Both the position numbers and the translations under genes were made by a program. Shown piece after piece: positions 40,767 to 51,300 of a DNA stretch of 64,000 nt. Source of the DNA: Selaginella moellendorffii (taxonomy: Eukaryota > Plantae > Lycopodiophyta); the NCBI RefSeq assembly GCF_000143415.4, contig NW_003314302.1:327182-391181 (forward strand). Reading direction: 5' to 3'. Numbering within the stretch: position 1 is the first letter of the stretch; each line of letters starts with the position of its first letter. The notes under the pieces are model-generated. The model searched no databases, was not told where the DNA came from, and saw only the letters and a list, made by a program, of their open reading frames with translations.

Positions 40767-41705
40767 ATGGCGATCCAGCTCTACAGCCTTGCCACTCCAA
40801 ATGGCATGAAGGTATTGATCACAGCCAAGGATTTTCTCTTGTTTGATCGGAGTTTGATCTAAACGATCAGGTGAGCATTGCGCTCGAAGAAATGGGGCTT
40901 GATTACGAGCCGCACACAATTAACATCCGAAACAACGAGCAGTTCCACCCGGACTTCGTTGCCATCAATCCCAACTCCAAAATCCCCGCAATCGTCGATC
41001 CAAATGGCCCAGGTTTGCTGCTCTTTTGATCGCTTGTCTTTTCGATCTTTTTAATTTGGATTCGCTATCCAGATGGAAAACCCATGAATGTCTTCGAGAG
41101 TGGAGCGATTCTTCTCTATCTGGCGGAAAAGACGGGCAAGTTCATCTCGCAAGATCCCAGGCTCAAGTGGGAGACAATCCAGTGGGTCTTCTTCCAAATG
41201 GCAGGCGTTGGCCCAATGGCCGGCCAGGTTAGAGAAACTTGTGAATTCCTAGATTTCATGGATCATCGTTGTGTTCTTCGTTGATGCATGGGTTTTGTTC
41301 TTGTATCTTGGTGTTCTTGGTGTTCTTGGCCTTGTTTATCTTGTTTGGGATTTTGTTCTTCATGTTCTTGAGCTCTCATTTGTTTCTTTCTTTCATTAGT
41401 TTGGGCACTTCTACGTCTATGCCAAGGATAAGTGCGATCATCCATACCCCCTGGAGCGTTACTCCACCGAGGTGAAGCGCCTGATGGGAGTGCTGGAGAA
41501 GCGGCTCGAAGGGCGAGAGTTTTTGATAGATGGCGGCTACTCCATCGCGGACATGGCCACCTTCCCATGGATCTACTGTATCGAGGTTTTCTACAAGGGG
41601 GCGGAGGTCATAGGCCTCGAGAACTTCCCAAACGTCATGGCTTGGAAGGAGCGTTGCATGGAACGCCCGGCCACTGCCAAAGGTATGAAAGTGTGTAAGT
41701 TCTAA
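40767..41705 (+). CDS. Glutathione S-transferase, Ure2p/Nu (YfcG-like) class, 4 exons, copy 2
   Basis: Exons 40767-40811, 40871-41012, 41073-41227 and 41400-41705; TPN active-site motif; near-identical to copy 1. Confidence 0.92.
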
Positions 41706-42310
41706 ATAGTAACTAGAATAATTTAAAGGTGTTCTGTTTAATACTAAGAATTTAAAAAGTATGTTAAATAATATTTAGTAAGTACTAACTCCCATATTGC
41801 TAAAATCATCATGCCAGCCATTGCCCTACGTGATTTTTAGTTTGCATATGTTCTACCATCTTTAATAATGGAGCTGGATAACAGAGGAAAAGCTCCTGTC
41901 GAGATCCACAAAAAGGAAGAACAATAAATCTGGCCTATCCCGATTGGAGCAAAGGATCTCAAGCAAGCAATAAAAGTGTTTACTGTGCCACCTCTAAATC
42001 AAAAAGGAAATATTAAAAATCTCAACTCAAAGCTAAGAAAGAAAAAGGAAAATCGGGTCCAGATGCTGTTTTGATAATCTTGTGGTGCACAGTTGGAAGC
42101 ATGAGATTGATGGATGCAAAAATGTAAGTTGGATTATCATTTTTGTATTAGTGGTGTCTTCGTTGTTGCTGCGATTCCACTCATTGGCCTTGCCTTCTTC
42201 TTTTCCACGGCCATTTGTGTCTTTCCTGTCACAACTCCATATATTTCAGGTAATAGGCGAGGGATGAGATTGTCTTCTTGATTGCAAAGATTATATGCGT
42301 TTCATGTCCT

Positions 42311-43170
42311 GGGAGTGGCTAAATCTAACAGCCTAATTTAACGAAATTTTCTTCCCGCCAATTACAATTAAGCTAGAGAATTTAATTGTAAGAATTCTTA
42401 TAATTAAGTTCATTAAGTGTAAGGATTGTATGATCTTCAGAACAGATCGTGGGAGGAAATCCCGGGGATCTTCTGCTCTTATGCTAGATCCCCCCTGGAA
42501 GAGCGTCTATTGATTCGAATTCGCGAAAGATTTGAATATCGGCTGCGGCGGACGGGAAGATCTATGTTGCGACGAGAGCAAGAACGCGCTCAAGAGCTGC
42601 AAGAGACTCGATCCAGCTCGCAACGAGTGGGAGGCTATGGCGGATTTAGGTCAAGAACGCAGGGGAATCGTGATGAATTGCAGCCAGTTTGCGGTTATGA
42701 GCGGATAGAACGGATTCGCAAGGCGAGTTCAGTTCCAGTTCCGAGATTTTTGACGGTGATTCCTCATGGCAGATTGGCAAGGGATCTGCAAGCGGGGCAG
42801 TGTATTGCTTCCGGGAGAAGATGACCTCTTCTTCCTGTTCTTTCAAGTAAATTGGAGCAATGCCTGTCACTAGGAAGATCATCTCTGCTTGCCTTGGTAG
42901 TGAGCGATTGCAGCAGGAGATTGTTGCTGTGGTTCAAGATCAAGGCGGGGAATGTGTTACAAGCCGGTGAAATCTACTTACTTAACTTAACAATCGCAGT
43001 GGGAAGACACATTAGTCAATTATCTAATTTATATTTAACTTAATAGTAAGTGCATTAGTCAAATCATAACTGTTTCCTAGGTTTAAGCTAACGAGTGATC
43101 AGGTAATGAAGACACTATAAATTAATCAGTTAAATTAGACTAATTTAAGCATTTAAATTAGCATGTTCCC
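42311..43170. mobile_element. Putative non-autonomous TIR (MULE/MITE-like) element; partial second copy at about 47570-47791
   Basis: 42351-42480 recurs directly at about 47647-47791. GGGAAGACACATTAGTCAATTA near 43001 is inverted at about 47603-47624. Ends are degenerately complementary (GGGA..GCTAA..CTAATTTAAC). No TSD identified. Confidence 0.45.
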
Positions 43171-44393
43171 CTTAAAAAATAGAATATGCTAATCATCACT
43201 CTAGCGATTTGCTCACAGCTAAGCGTCTTCTTTGAAATTGAGAACCCAGGAAATTGTAAGAGATCCTCCTTGTCAGGCAGGTCAAAGAAATCTGAGCTCA
43301 ATAATGTGATCAAGTTTATTTATACAGTAAAACAACAACTGAGCTGGATTTCCTCCCAGAGTCCCATTTGCGGCTTTGCTGTGCCTGAATGGGAATCTAC
43401 TGCACAAAGAGTGTGATTTATTCCTATGATTAATATTGAGCACTACAGATTGAGCGGCGAGGAAGAAGAAACTGAAGATCATGACGATCTTACTAACAAT
43501 TTCATCCATAAATAATTATTGATGACTTTCATGCATTCATCAGAAAAATAAAAAAAGAGGATCGCTTTCACTCCATTTTAGGTATATATATAATTTTATC
43601 GGACCCTAGTGATATCAAAGACTATGAGTTAGGATCTAATAGATCCTTGCTTAAACAATAACCTTGCTTATCTTCAGAAAGAGGTGAGATGGGATCATGA
43701 TGCTCATCACTGGCATGCTCAACCAGGTCATCACCATGGGTTGCAGACTCGTTCCCACAGATCTCATACTGATGAAACCATCTAGTTTACATCTCAGAAT
43801 GGCCAAGAGGGCAGTGCCAACGTGGCACGATTATGGGCCCCAACGTGTTATTGCCTGGGTGCAAAATAATAGTGGAGATAATTTTGAAGTACAAAAACAC
43901 CGGCACTCAAGTATGAAGCTGGACGATTCCGTTTCTAATTTTCCGAAGAATGTTTTTCTCGTCGCACGTGGGCCTATCCTCCATTTCTGATCGATAAACC
44001 CTACTTCCAAGCGTTACTTCTTTTAGTCTAACAGGTCTTCTTAAGTCTTTTTTTATTTACCCTTGTGTTTGCTACCCCTTAACCTTATACATATTGTTTT
44101 TTAAAACTTTTTTAACCTAGGGCAGTCGCTTTGTGAATTTATAAACGAACTGCAGAACTTTGCCGAGTGATGAATTTTGCCGAACTGCAGAACTTCACTG
44201 CTGCAGTGCACTATCTGCCAGCCAATCCTAAGAGTAGGCATCCATTTGGGAATAGGGGGAGCTGTAATTTAGATTTCAAGCTTACGTTTTACAAAATGAT
44301 TTGTTTTGTGTGCTTTTATATGAGCAGCGCAAGACTATCGAAACAGCATACAGATAGATTAAAGCCAAAAAACAAACCAGCACAAACCTTGTA

Positions 44394-45104
44394 TCACATC
44401 TCTTGCACTAGAGGAACTAGTATAAATTCCCCCACTCCATTTCTTCGGTTGCGGGACTCCTCCCTTCGGAGCTTAAAGTAGAAACTAAAGGCAGGATCAA
44501 ACAGAGTCCAAAAGGTTCTATCATATCCAATCAGTAATGCACAGCTTGGGATGCGATCAAGGTCATACATCCCGCCGTAAAGCGGCTGTGGATTATATCC
44601 CAGTTTTCGAGCCAGGGATGCATCTTCCATCCACACCAAGCTGCGACGATCTGTGCATCGAATGCTTGTCACCACCGGATGCTTGGCAACCATTTCCAAA
44701 AGCAACGCTTCACTGGCCTTGTGGATCCTCACTATGGATCCCGGCATACCTTCCAAAGCTGCCCTTTCCTTATCCAAAACTATTAACTCTGAGCTTGTTG
44801 AGGGTGATATTTTGGATACGAGCAATCTTTCACCAATCTTGGCCTGAATGGCTGCACAGAGCAAGATTGAGTCCAGCCAAGAGACATTGCTCATCTGGAC
44901 GGCCGAAAAGCAAGTTTGGACGAGGTCGCTCCAGTCGACCCTGCTGCTACGTGAAATGAAGTCGCCACCACTGACAATTCTCACCTGATCCAGGCGCTTT
45001 ACCCGCGAGAGAAACTCTTCCTCGTCGCACCACTTAGAGCCGCGGATATTCACCCTCTCCGGGAGTATGACACCCACTTTTGGCCGTGACAAAAACACTC
45101 CCAT
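44394..45104 (-). CDS. Papain-fold (C1A-like) pseudo-protease with an N-myristoylation motif
   Basis: Intact intronless 236 aa ORF starting MGVFLS. Aligns by eye to mature papain: VDW..Q..SW, SEALLLEMVAKHPVV, ALLIGYDRTFWTL, FYFKLRRE...G..ILVPLV. Catalytic Cys, His and Asn are all replaced. Confidence 0.7.
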   Translation of the reverse strand: MGVFLSRPKVGVILPERVNIRGSKWCDEEEFLSRVKRLDQVRIVSGGDFISRSSRVDWSDLVQTCFSAVQMSNVSWLDSILLCAAIQAKIGERLLVSKISPSTSSELIVLDKERAALEGMPGSIVRIHKASEALLLEMVAKHPVVTSIRCTDRRSLVWMEDASLARKLGYNPQPLYGGMYDLDRIPSCALLIGYDRTFWTLFDPAFSFYFKLRREESRNRRNGVGEFILVPLVQEM

Positions 45105-45112
45105 ACTGCCCT

Positions 45113-45262
45113 ATTAGGGATTAGGGATTAGGGATTAGGCATTCCAAAGCATAGTTTTTGCTCTAAACCTAAAAACATTTAGACTAGGATGCTGACTCAT
45201 TAGGTGACGTGGCGCCTGACTCGCCAGGCGACGTGGTGGCTGACTCATCGGTTGACGTGGCA
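45113..45262. promoter_or_regulatory. Divergent intergenic spacer with (ATTAGGG)x3.9 and three ~24 bp repeats carrying TGACTC(A) and (T)GACGTGG motifs
   Basis: ATTAGGG tandem at 45113-45139; GCTGACTCATTAGGTGACGTGGC-like units at about 45191-45262. Regulatory function is inferred. Confidence 0.55.
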
Positions 45263-45263
45263 G

Positions 45264-45981
45264 TTGCATCAACTGGAAAACAACATTGGGGCTGCGGGTC
45301 TACAATCAGTTCGACTGTGGCAATTGTTGGGTGATTTGTTCGATTGGCCTGATGGAAAGTCTGCTAAAAATCGCAGGGCATAATGAGTCGTTAAGCATCC
45401 AGTTTTGTAATGACTTTTGTGAGCCTGGCTTTGAGGCTAAAGACAGCTTGAAGACTAAGTTCCTCGGCTCCATTGGCTTTACAGTTTCTTGTGAGGGCGG
45501 ATCTCCCGGAGCTTGCTTGGACTTCCTTACCAACGTTGGAGTTCCCAGGGCTGCAAACTACCGGCAGTATCAGGCACGTAACCGGTCGAGGTTGGAGATC
45601 GCTTACGACAAGTGGTTGTATGAGGATGAGAAGTTTCGGCTCAAAAGTGTGGCCAATACGGGAGTGGACATTGGTAATCTTGTTGATGAGTCTGCGATCC
45701 TTGCGTTTGCCAGCTGGTTGACTCACCGTGGGCCTGCAGTAACTGCTGTGAAGTGCCGTGATTGGGGACGAGACAGTTTGGATAACAACTACGTGTATGT
45801 TGGAGACTACGAGCAAGAGTTCAAGCATTGTCTTCTTGTTGTCGGCTTCAAGTGGAAGGAGCGGCTATGGACTTTGCTAAATTCACATGGTGAGAGCTAT
45901 GGTGACAGTGGATTGTTTTACATCCGTTTTGGGGATAAACGCTCCGGATTCGGTGAAATATTCCATGTGGCAAACTTTTGA
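45264..45981 (+). CDS. Papain-like cysteine protease (C1A) catalytic domain; no signal peptide or prodomain visible; start unresolved
   Basis: CINWKTTLGLRVYNQFDCGNCW, SLSIQ, CEGG, GPAV, HCLLVVGF, WTLLNSHGESYGDSG: Gln, Cys, His and Asn are all intact. No in-frame ATG precedes the catalytic Cys; a CAG acceptor lies at 45261-45263. Confidence 0.8.
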
Positions 45982-46633
45982 GATCGATTAACATTTTGCA
46001 GAATGTAATTTGTTTTGTTTCTAAATGTATCTCTCTAGCTAAACCTCTTAACTAACGAAACTCATAAACAAGTACTTTGCCAAGGCACACTGCAGGGCGT
46101 TGCGATGAGTGCCTCCTCACTTGTTAGCTGCTGCTAGCTTCATCTCCTTCGCATTCAAATTCAGAAGCAGCAGGCAGGATTGTGCAAGGAAGAAGAAGCG
46201 AATAGGGATTGGTCATGGGATTTTGAGCTGCAATGGGGCTGCGATGACAGATACGTATTAGGGCTCGTTCCAACAGCGAACACGAGTTTGTTTAGGCTAG
46301 TTTTCTTCCCAAAACAAGTCAAGTTCCATTTGTAGCTGCAGTTAGTGCCTTTAATTCTCATTATTAATTTAGCTTATTGATATAATTTAGGTTTTAACAA
46401 AAGTATAAAACAAATCAGATGGACTAGCTGAGTCAAATATTTGAAACAAATACAAGACAAAAATAATCAGAACCTTTATTTCAGGTTGAACAAAGCTCAA
46501 ATCTCAGACTCCATCACTTCTTGATGGCTAAGAAATCGACTATGCTCCCAGCATATGAATTTTCTTGTCATCAACGTTTGCATATACATAGAGGGTGAGG
46601 CTGGATATTAATTATATTGATAATTTGTTTGAA

Positions 46634-47420
46634 ATGACAATAATCACAATATTTTCCTTTGTAATATTCTGAATGTTTATTGTCAAACCAATAATTATGT
46701 TGTAGATCCATTAGGGATCAGTGTTGAAGGCATTGAAGCATTTCCTCAACACATTGATTCTGTAATTCAAACTATACCAAATGGTCCTCAACGTGTTGGT
46801 AGTTGGTCGAACACAGTTCCACTAACAACTATACGATATACATTTTCAATTTTTTCACAATCATTAGGATGCCCATGGAACTGTCGTGTTTGTCATGCTT
46901 ATCGTGTCCTAGGGTATGTTCGGGGTGATCTAATTAAAGGACTTCTTATGGGTCTTGCAGCTGCTGTTATTCAAGATGGTTCTACAAGAAACTTTGAAAC
47001 TGTAATCGGAACTTTTAGACATGTATCACTGGAATATTCCACACGTTCAAGATATCGAATTCCTTCATCAATCCAAAATAAAACCTTTTTTTCTCCTTTG
47101 AACTTACAGAGTCAATTTGTATATGATGGTGATGTTGATTGCTGGGTATATAGTTCAAGCATTATGAGTTCCATTTTTGAAGAATCACAAGCATTTGGAA
47201 ATTACATAATGGAAGGTAATACAATCATATCACCAAACGGAATTTTTAAACTGATTATGCAAAAAGATTGCAATCTGGTTTTTTATGAAGTTCATTTTGT
47301 ATTGTGGGTGGCAGACACAAATGGAAGAGGTGAAGGTTGTTGGTATTGATGTCTGAAGATGATGGAAATGTTTATTTATATGACATGGAAAAACACCTTT
47401 GCTTATGGGAAAAACCATGA
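46634..47420 (+). pseudogene. Secreted bulb-type lectin family pseudogene, related to 4879-5826
   Basis: ATG at 46634 is out of frame with a long open frame 46633-47349. YDGDVDCWVYSSSI..YIMEGNTIISPNGIFKLIMQKDCNLVFY..LW; after a second frameshift DDGNVYLYDMEKHLCLWEKP*. Confidence 0.7.
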
Positions 47421-48303
47421 TATAGATATAAGTACTATGAAATAAGGCCTAGAAAGCAAAAGCTTTAAGTAGAGAATTGAAGTGCTACAAAGCCTCGCCG
47501 GCTTTTGTTCTAGCCTTTTTAATTGACACTGAATTGTGTTCCAAGCAAATTTAATTGAAATAGGACCTACATTAAGTTAAAATTAAAGTAGTTTAATGGG
47601 GCTAATTGCCTAATGTGTCTTCCCGCATAATTCCATTAGTGGACCCTTCTCGCCAATTACAATTAAGCTAGAGAATTTAGTTGTAAGAATTCTTATAATT
47701 AAGTTCATTAAGTGTAAGGAGGGTATGTTTTTACCCTTGTATGATCTTCAGAGCAGATCGTGGGAGGAAATCCTAGGGATCTTCTGCTCTTCCCTTATTT
47801 TTTACTGCTTATACCCTATCTAGCATGGAGCTCCAAGCACATTACAAAATAAAGCTGGCTGCCCATAAAAAAATGTGAAAAAGAAAAATAAAATAGTATT
47901 TTGTTCTCAACGAGTCACACAAAGTAACAATTTCTCACCCAGATAAACTCTTCTTATCCACACAGCAAAGAGAGAAAAAGAAAAATTACACCTAAAAAAT
48001 TTATGCAATTTCCTTCCAAACCCCACTAAATTGGTTATTCAAATGTTTTAGCACAATTAAATCCAATGATCTGCAGCTGCAAGCAAAAATGCACAAAAGA
48101 AACATAATATTCCACAATGCAAATAGCTTGCAAACTAAATCAATCAAGTCCTTTCAATTGCCCATGTTTCTCATCCTAGTTCCTCGGAGTATGATGATCA
48201 GACATAAAGCCCTAGACTCAAGTGTTGCATTTTTCTACTTTTGGAACTGGAAGCAGGCAGGATGTGAAGTTCTGAATAGTTCATGATATATCTATTTTTA
48301 TAT

Positions 48304-51300
48304 TGTGAGGGCCAAGTGTACGGTTACGATGCCATATATTAATATTAGCATAGTGGGATTTTGGTAGCTGTCGGATTGGTTTCAATCTGGACCACTCGCT
48401 CCTATATATAAGTTAAGGTTTTTTGGGTTAATGGATATATGCACATTTCTGTATTCCCTTTCCATATTCCAAGCACTCACATTGGTGGAGATGAAGGGCA
48501 CCTTTGATTGTCCTTGAGGAGTGCTTGGATTTGGGATTTTGGTTTAGATCTAACTTTTGCATTGTCTAAATCTAGCTTTTTCCATTTCCTTCTTTTTGTT
48601 CTTTCCTTTCAGGATTTTGGTTTAGATCTAGCTTTTTGCATTGTCTAGATCTACCATTTTCTTCTAGCTTTTTGTCATTTCTCTTCTTTTTCTTTTTCAT
48701 TTGTCTCCATGGCAGATCAGCAATCTCCTCCTTTGACTCTCGAGCAGCAGTTGGTCCAATTGCTTGATGCTATGCACTTGCAATTGAACAACCAAACTCA
48801 ATTGATGGCGGCATTCACGGCACATGGTCCAACTCCTCCTGCTTTTGGTGCCAATCCTCGCGTTCGGCCGGAGTTCTTTCGTGGGAATCCTGGGAATGAT
48901 GTATACCATTGGTTTGATCACTTCACGGTGATTGCCACATATCATTCTTGGGATGATGCTTGACGGTTGCGTGAGTTTCCCATGTGTCTCCAAGGGACGG
49001 CGTTGCAGTGGTACAATGGTTTGAGTGCAGCCACTCGTGGGGATTGGAGTGTTCTACCGGACGTCTTCAAACATGCCTTCGGACATGCCGATGATTGTGA
49101 TGATGCTTTCCAACAATTGCATCGTCTTTGCCAAGGGCCATCTGAGTCGGTGATGCAATTTGGCATTCGTTTTCGAAGTCTTTTGCTTCATGCGGAGCCA
49201 AATATGTCGGAGCGGATCAAGCTAGGAATGTTGTGGCCAGCACTTTGTCAAGATCTTGTCGGACTTGTGCATGCACTTGCTCCTGCCACCCTTGACGATG
49301 CTCTTCGCTTGGCACAATGTTATGAGACGTCGCCTCTTCCACTTCTCGCTACACGTCCTTCCGCTCCACTTCCTATGGGTGATGGTCCTGTTCCAATGGA
49401 GGTTGATGCTGCTACTGCTCGAGTCCAAGGACAAGCGCGAGGACGTGGTCGTGGCCGTGATGTTTGCTGCTGGGCGTGTGATGAAGTTGGTCATACTTAT
49501 CAGCGTTGCCGTCATTTTCCGGATTGGCAACCTCCATTTCCTGGGTGGAGACCTTGGCGTCAGCAACGTCCCGTGGGTGTTGCTGCAGTGGAAGGTCTGG
49601 ACACCGAGATGCATCCGGGAAACGAGGAGTCGCGCGAGTAATGAAGGGACCTTGCGCGAATAAGTTAGTGACCTCTCCATCTTTCTTTCAGAAGTATCAT
49701 CAAGGGGTTCACTCGGCACCGGTTCATCCAATGTTTACTTTCCAAGCTCGTTTTTATAACAAGAGGTCTCATATTATTCTCTCCGTATTGGTTGATACAG
49801 GTTCGAGTTTATCTTCTATTGCTCGACCTGTTGCCACACATTGTCGTTTACACTTGCGTCGTGCGGTGGAACCAGTTTTCATTCTTTATGGCAACGACCG
49901 TACACATGCATGTGCATGGGATGAGGTGGACCTGGTTGTGCGTGTGGGTGATCTCAAGCTTGAGTTGTAGCTGTTGCGGGTGGTGCCGAGTCAAGCTTTT
50001 GACTTCATTCTTGGTATGGATTGGTTGCAGCGCAATCATGCCAAGTGTGACTTTGAGGCTTCTCCCCCTTGTCTTATACTTCCTTATGTTTCATTCATTC
50101 CTCTCACTTCCATACCTCTTCGTCCCTCTACTTCTACCTCTGCTTCCATTACTTTTATTCCCCCACTCTTTCCTTTTGTGTTGCCAACTTGTTCTGCTTT
50201 TCCCTTTTCCGATCCCTCCGCCGATCTTTGTGTTGCAGCAGTTGACCGGCTCATGAAGGAGTATTCTGATCTCTTTGAATTTGACTTATCGTCTAGGGCC
50301 AAGATTGCCACACGTCATCCGATTCCAACTGGGGATGCTTGTCCAATCAAGGTTCCTATTCGTCGTTGGTCACCTAAGGAGATCAAGATTTTACGTGCAA
50401 ACGTCAAGGAAATGCTGGAGAAGGGTGTTATTCGGAAGTCGCGGAGTCCTTGGGCATGTGAACCTCATCTTGTGACGAAGCATGATGGGAGTATTCATTT
50501 CTGCATCGACTATCGTCCGTTAAACAAAGTGACGATCCCAGATGTGTATCCTCTTCCTCACACTACTAATCTCTTGGATCGTCTGGGGTGAAATCGTTGG
50601 TTCACCAAGCTAGATCTTGCTTCTGGGTATTGGCAAGTACCGATGGCCAAAGAAGATATTCCTAAGACTGCTTTTCGTACACCATTTGGTTTGTATGAGT
50701 TCTTGGTGATGCCGTTTGGTTTGAACAATGCTCCAGCAACTTTCCAGCGGATGATGGACAAGGTTCTTTGCGATATGCCGGAGGTGACTGCTAACTTTAT
50801 TGATGATGTCTTGATCCACTCGAAGGGGACGTGGGAGGAGCATGTTCGTGATGTTTGTAAAGTGTTGGATCGGCTACGCGACGTTGGTTTAAAGCTGAAG
50901 CGGTCAAAGTGCATGTTTGGGTCTAAGGACACAATTTATCTTGGGTACCGTATTTCTCGTGAGGGTTTGCAAGTTGATCCTGACAAACTTGTGGCTGTTC
51001 TAAAGTTCCCTACTCCGAAGTGTGTGAATGATGTGCAGTTCTTTTTGGGTAAGGTGCAATATCTCAGTCGTTTTGTGGATCATCTTTCCGATCGCATTAC
51101 ACCATTGCGAGCGTTGTTGAAGTCATCAATGTCATCTTTCATCTGGTCTCCGGATTGTGAGCGAGCATTCGTGGACCTCAAAGAACTATTGACGACTCCT
51201 CCGGTTTTGGCATATCCTGACTACACTCGACCTTTTATTTTGCGCGTGGATGCTTCTGACATTGGTCTCGGAGGTGTGTTGATGCAAGAGAGCTCGAGTG

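Larger units (their letters stand above)
36370..48242. repeat. Right arm of the large inverted duplication, interrupted by a 5.5 kb segment at about 42313-47791
   Basis: Mirror of 27603-33996; homology stops at about 42312 and resumes at about 47792. Confidence 0.9.

Noticed and set aside
42426-42824. 132 aa ORF
   Set aside because: Begins inside a repeat, has no ATG start and no recognisable domain.
45113-45139. Interstitial telomere
   Set aside because: Under four units and ATTAGGG rather than TTTAGGG; treated as a promoter-proximal motif instead.
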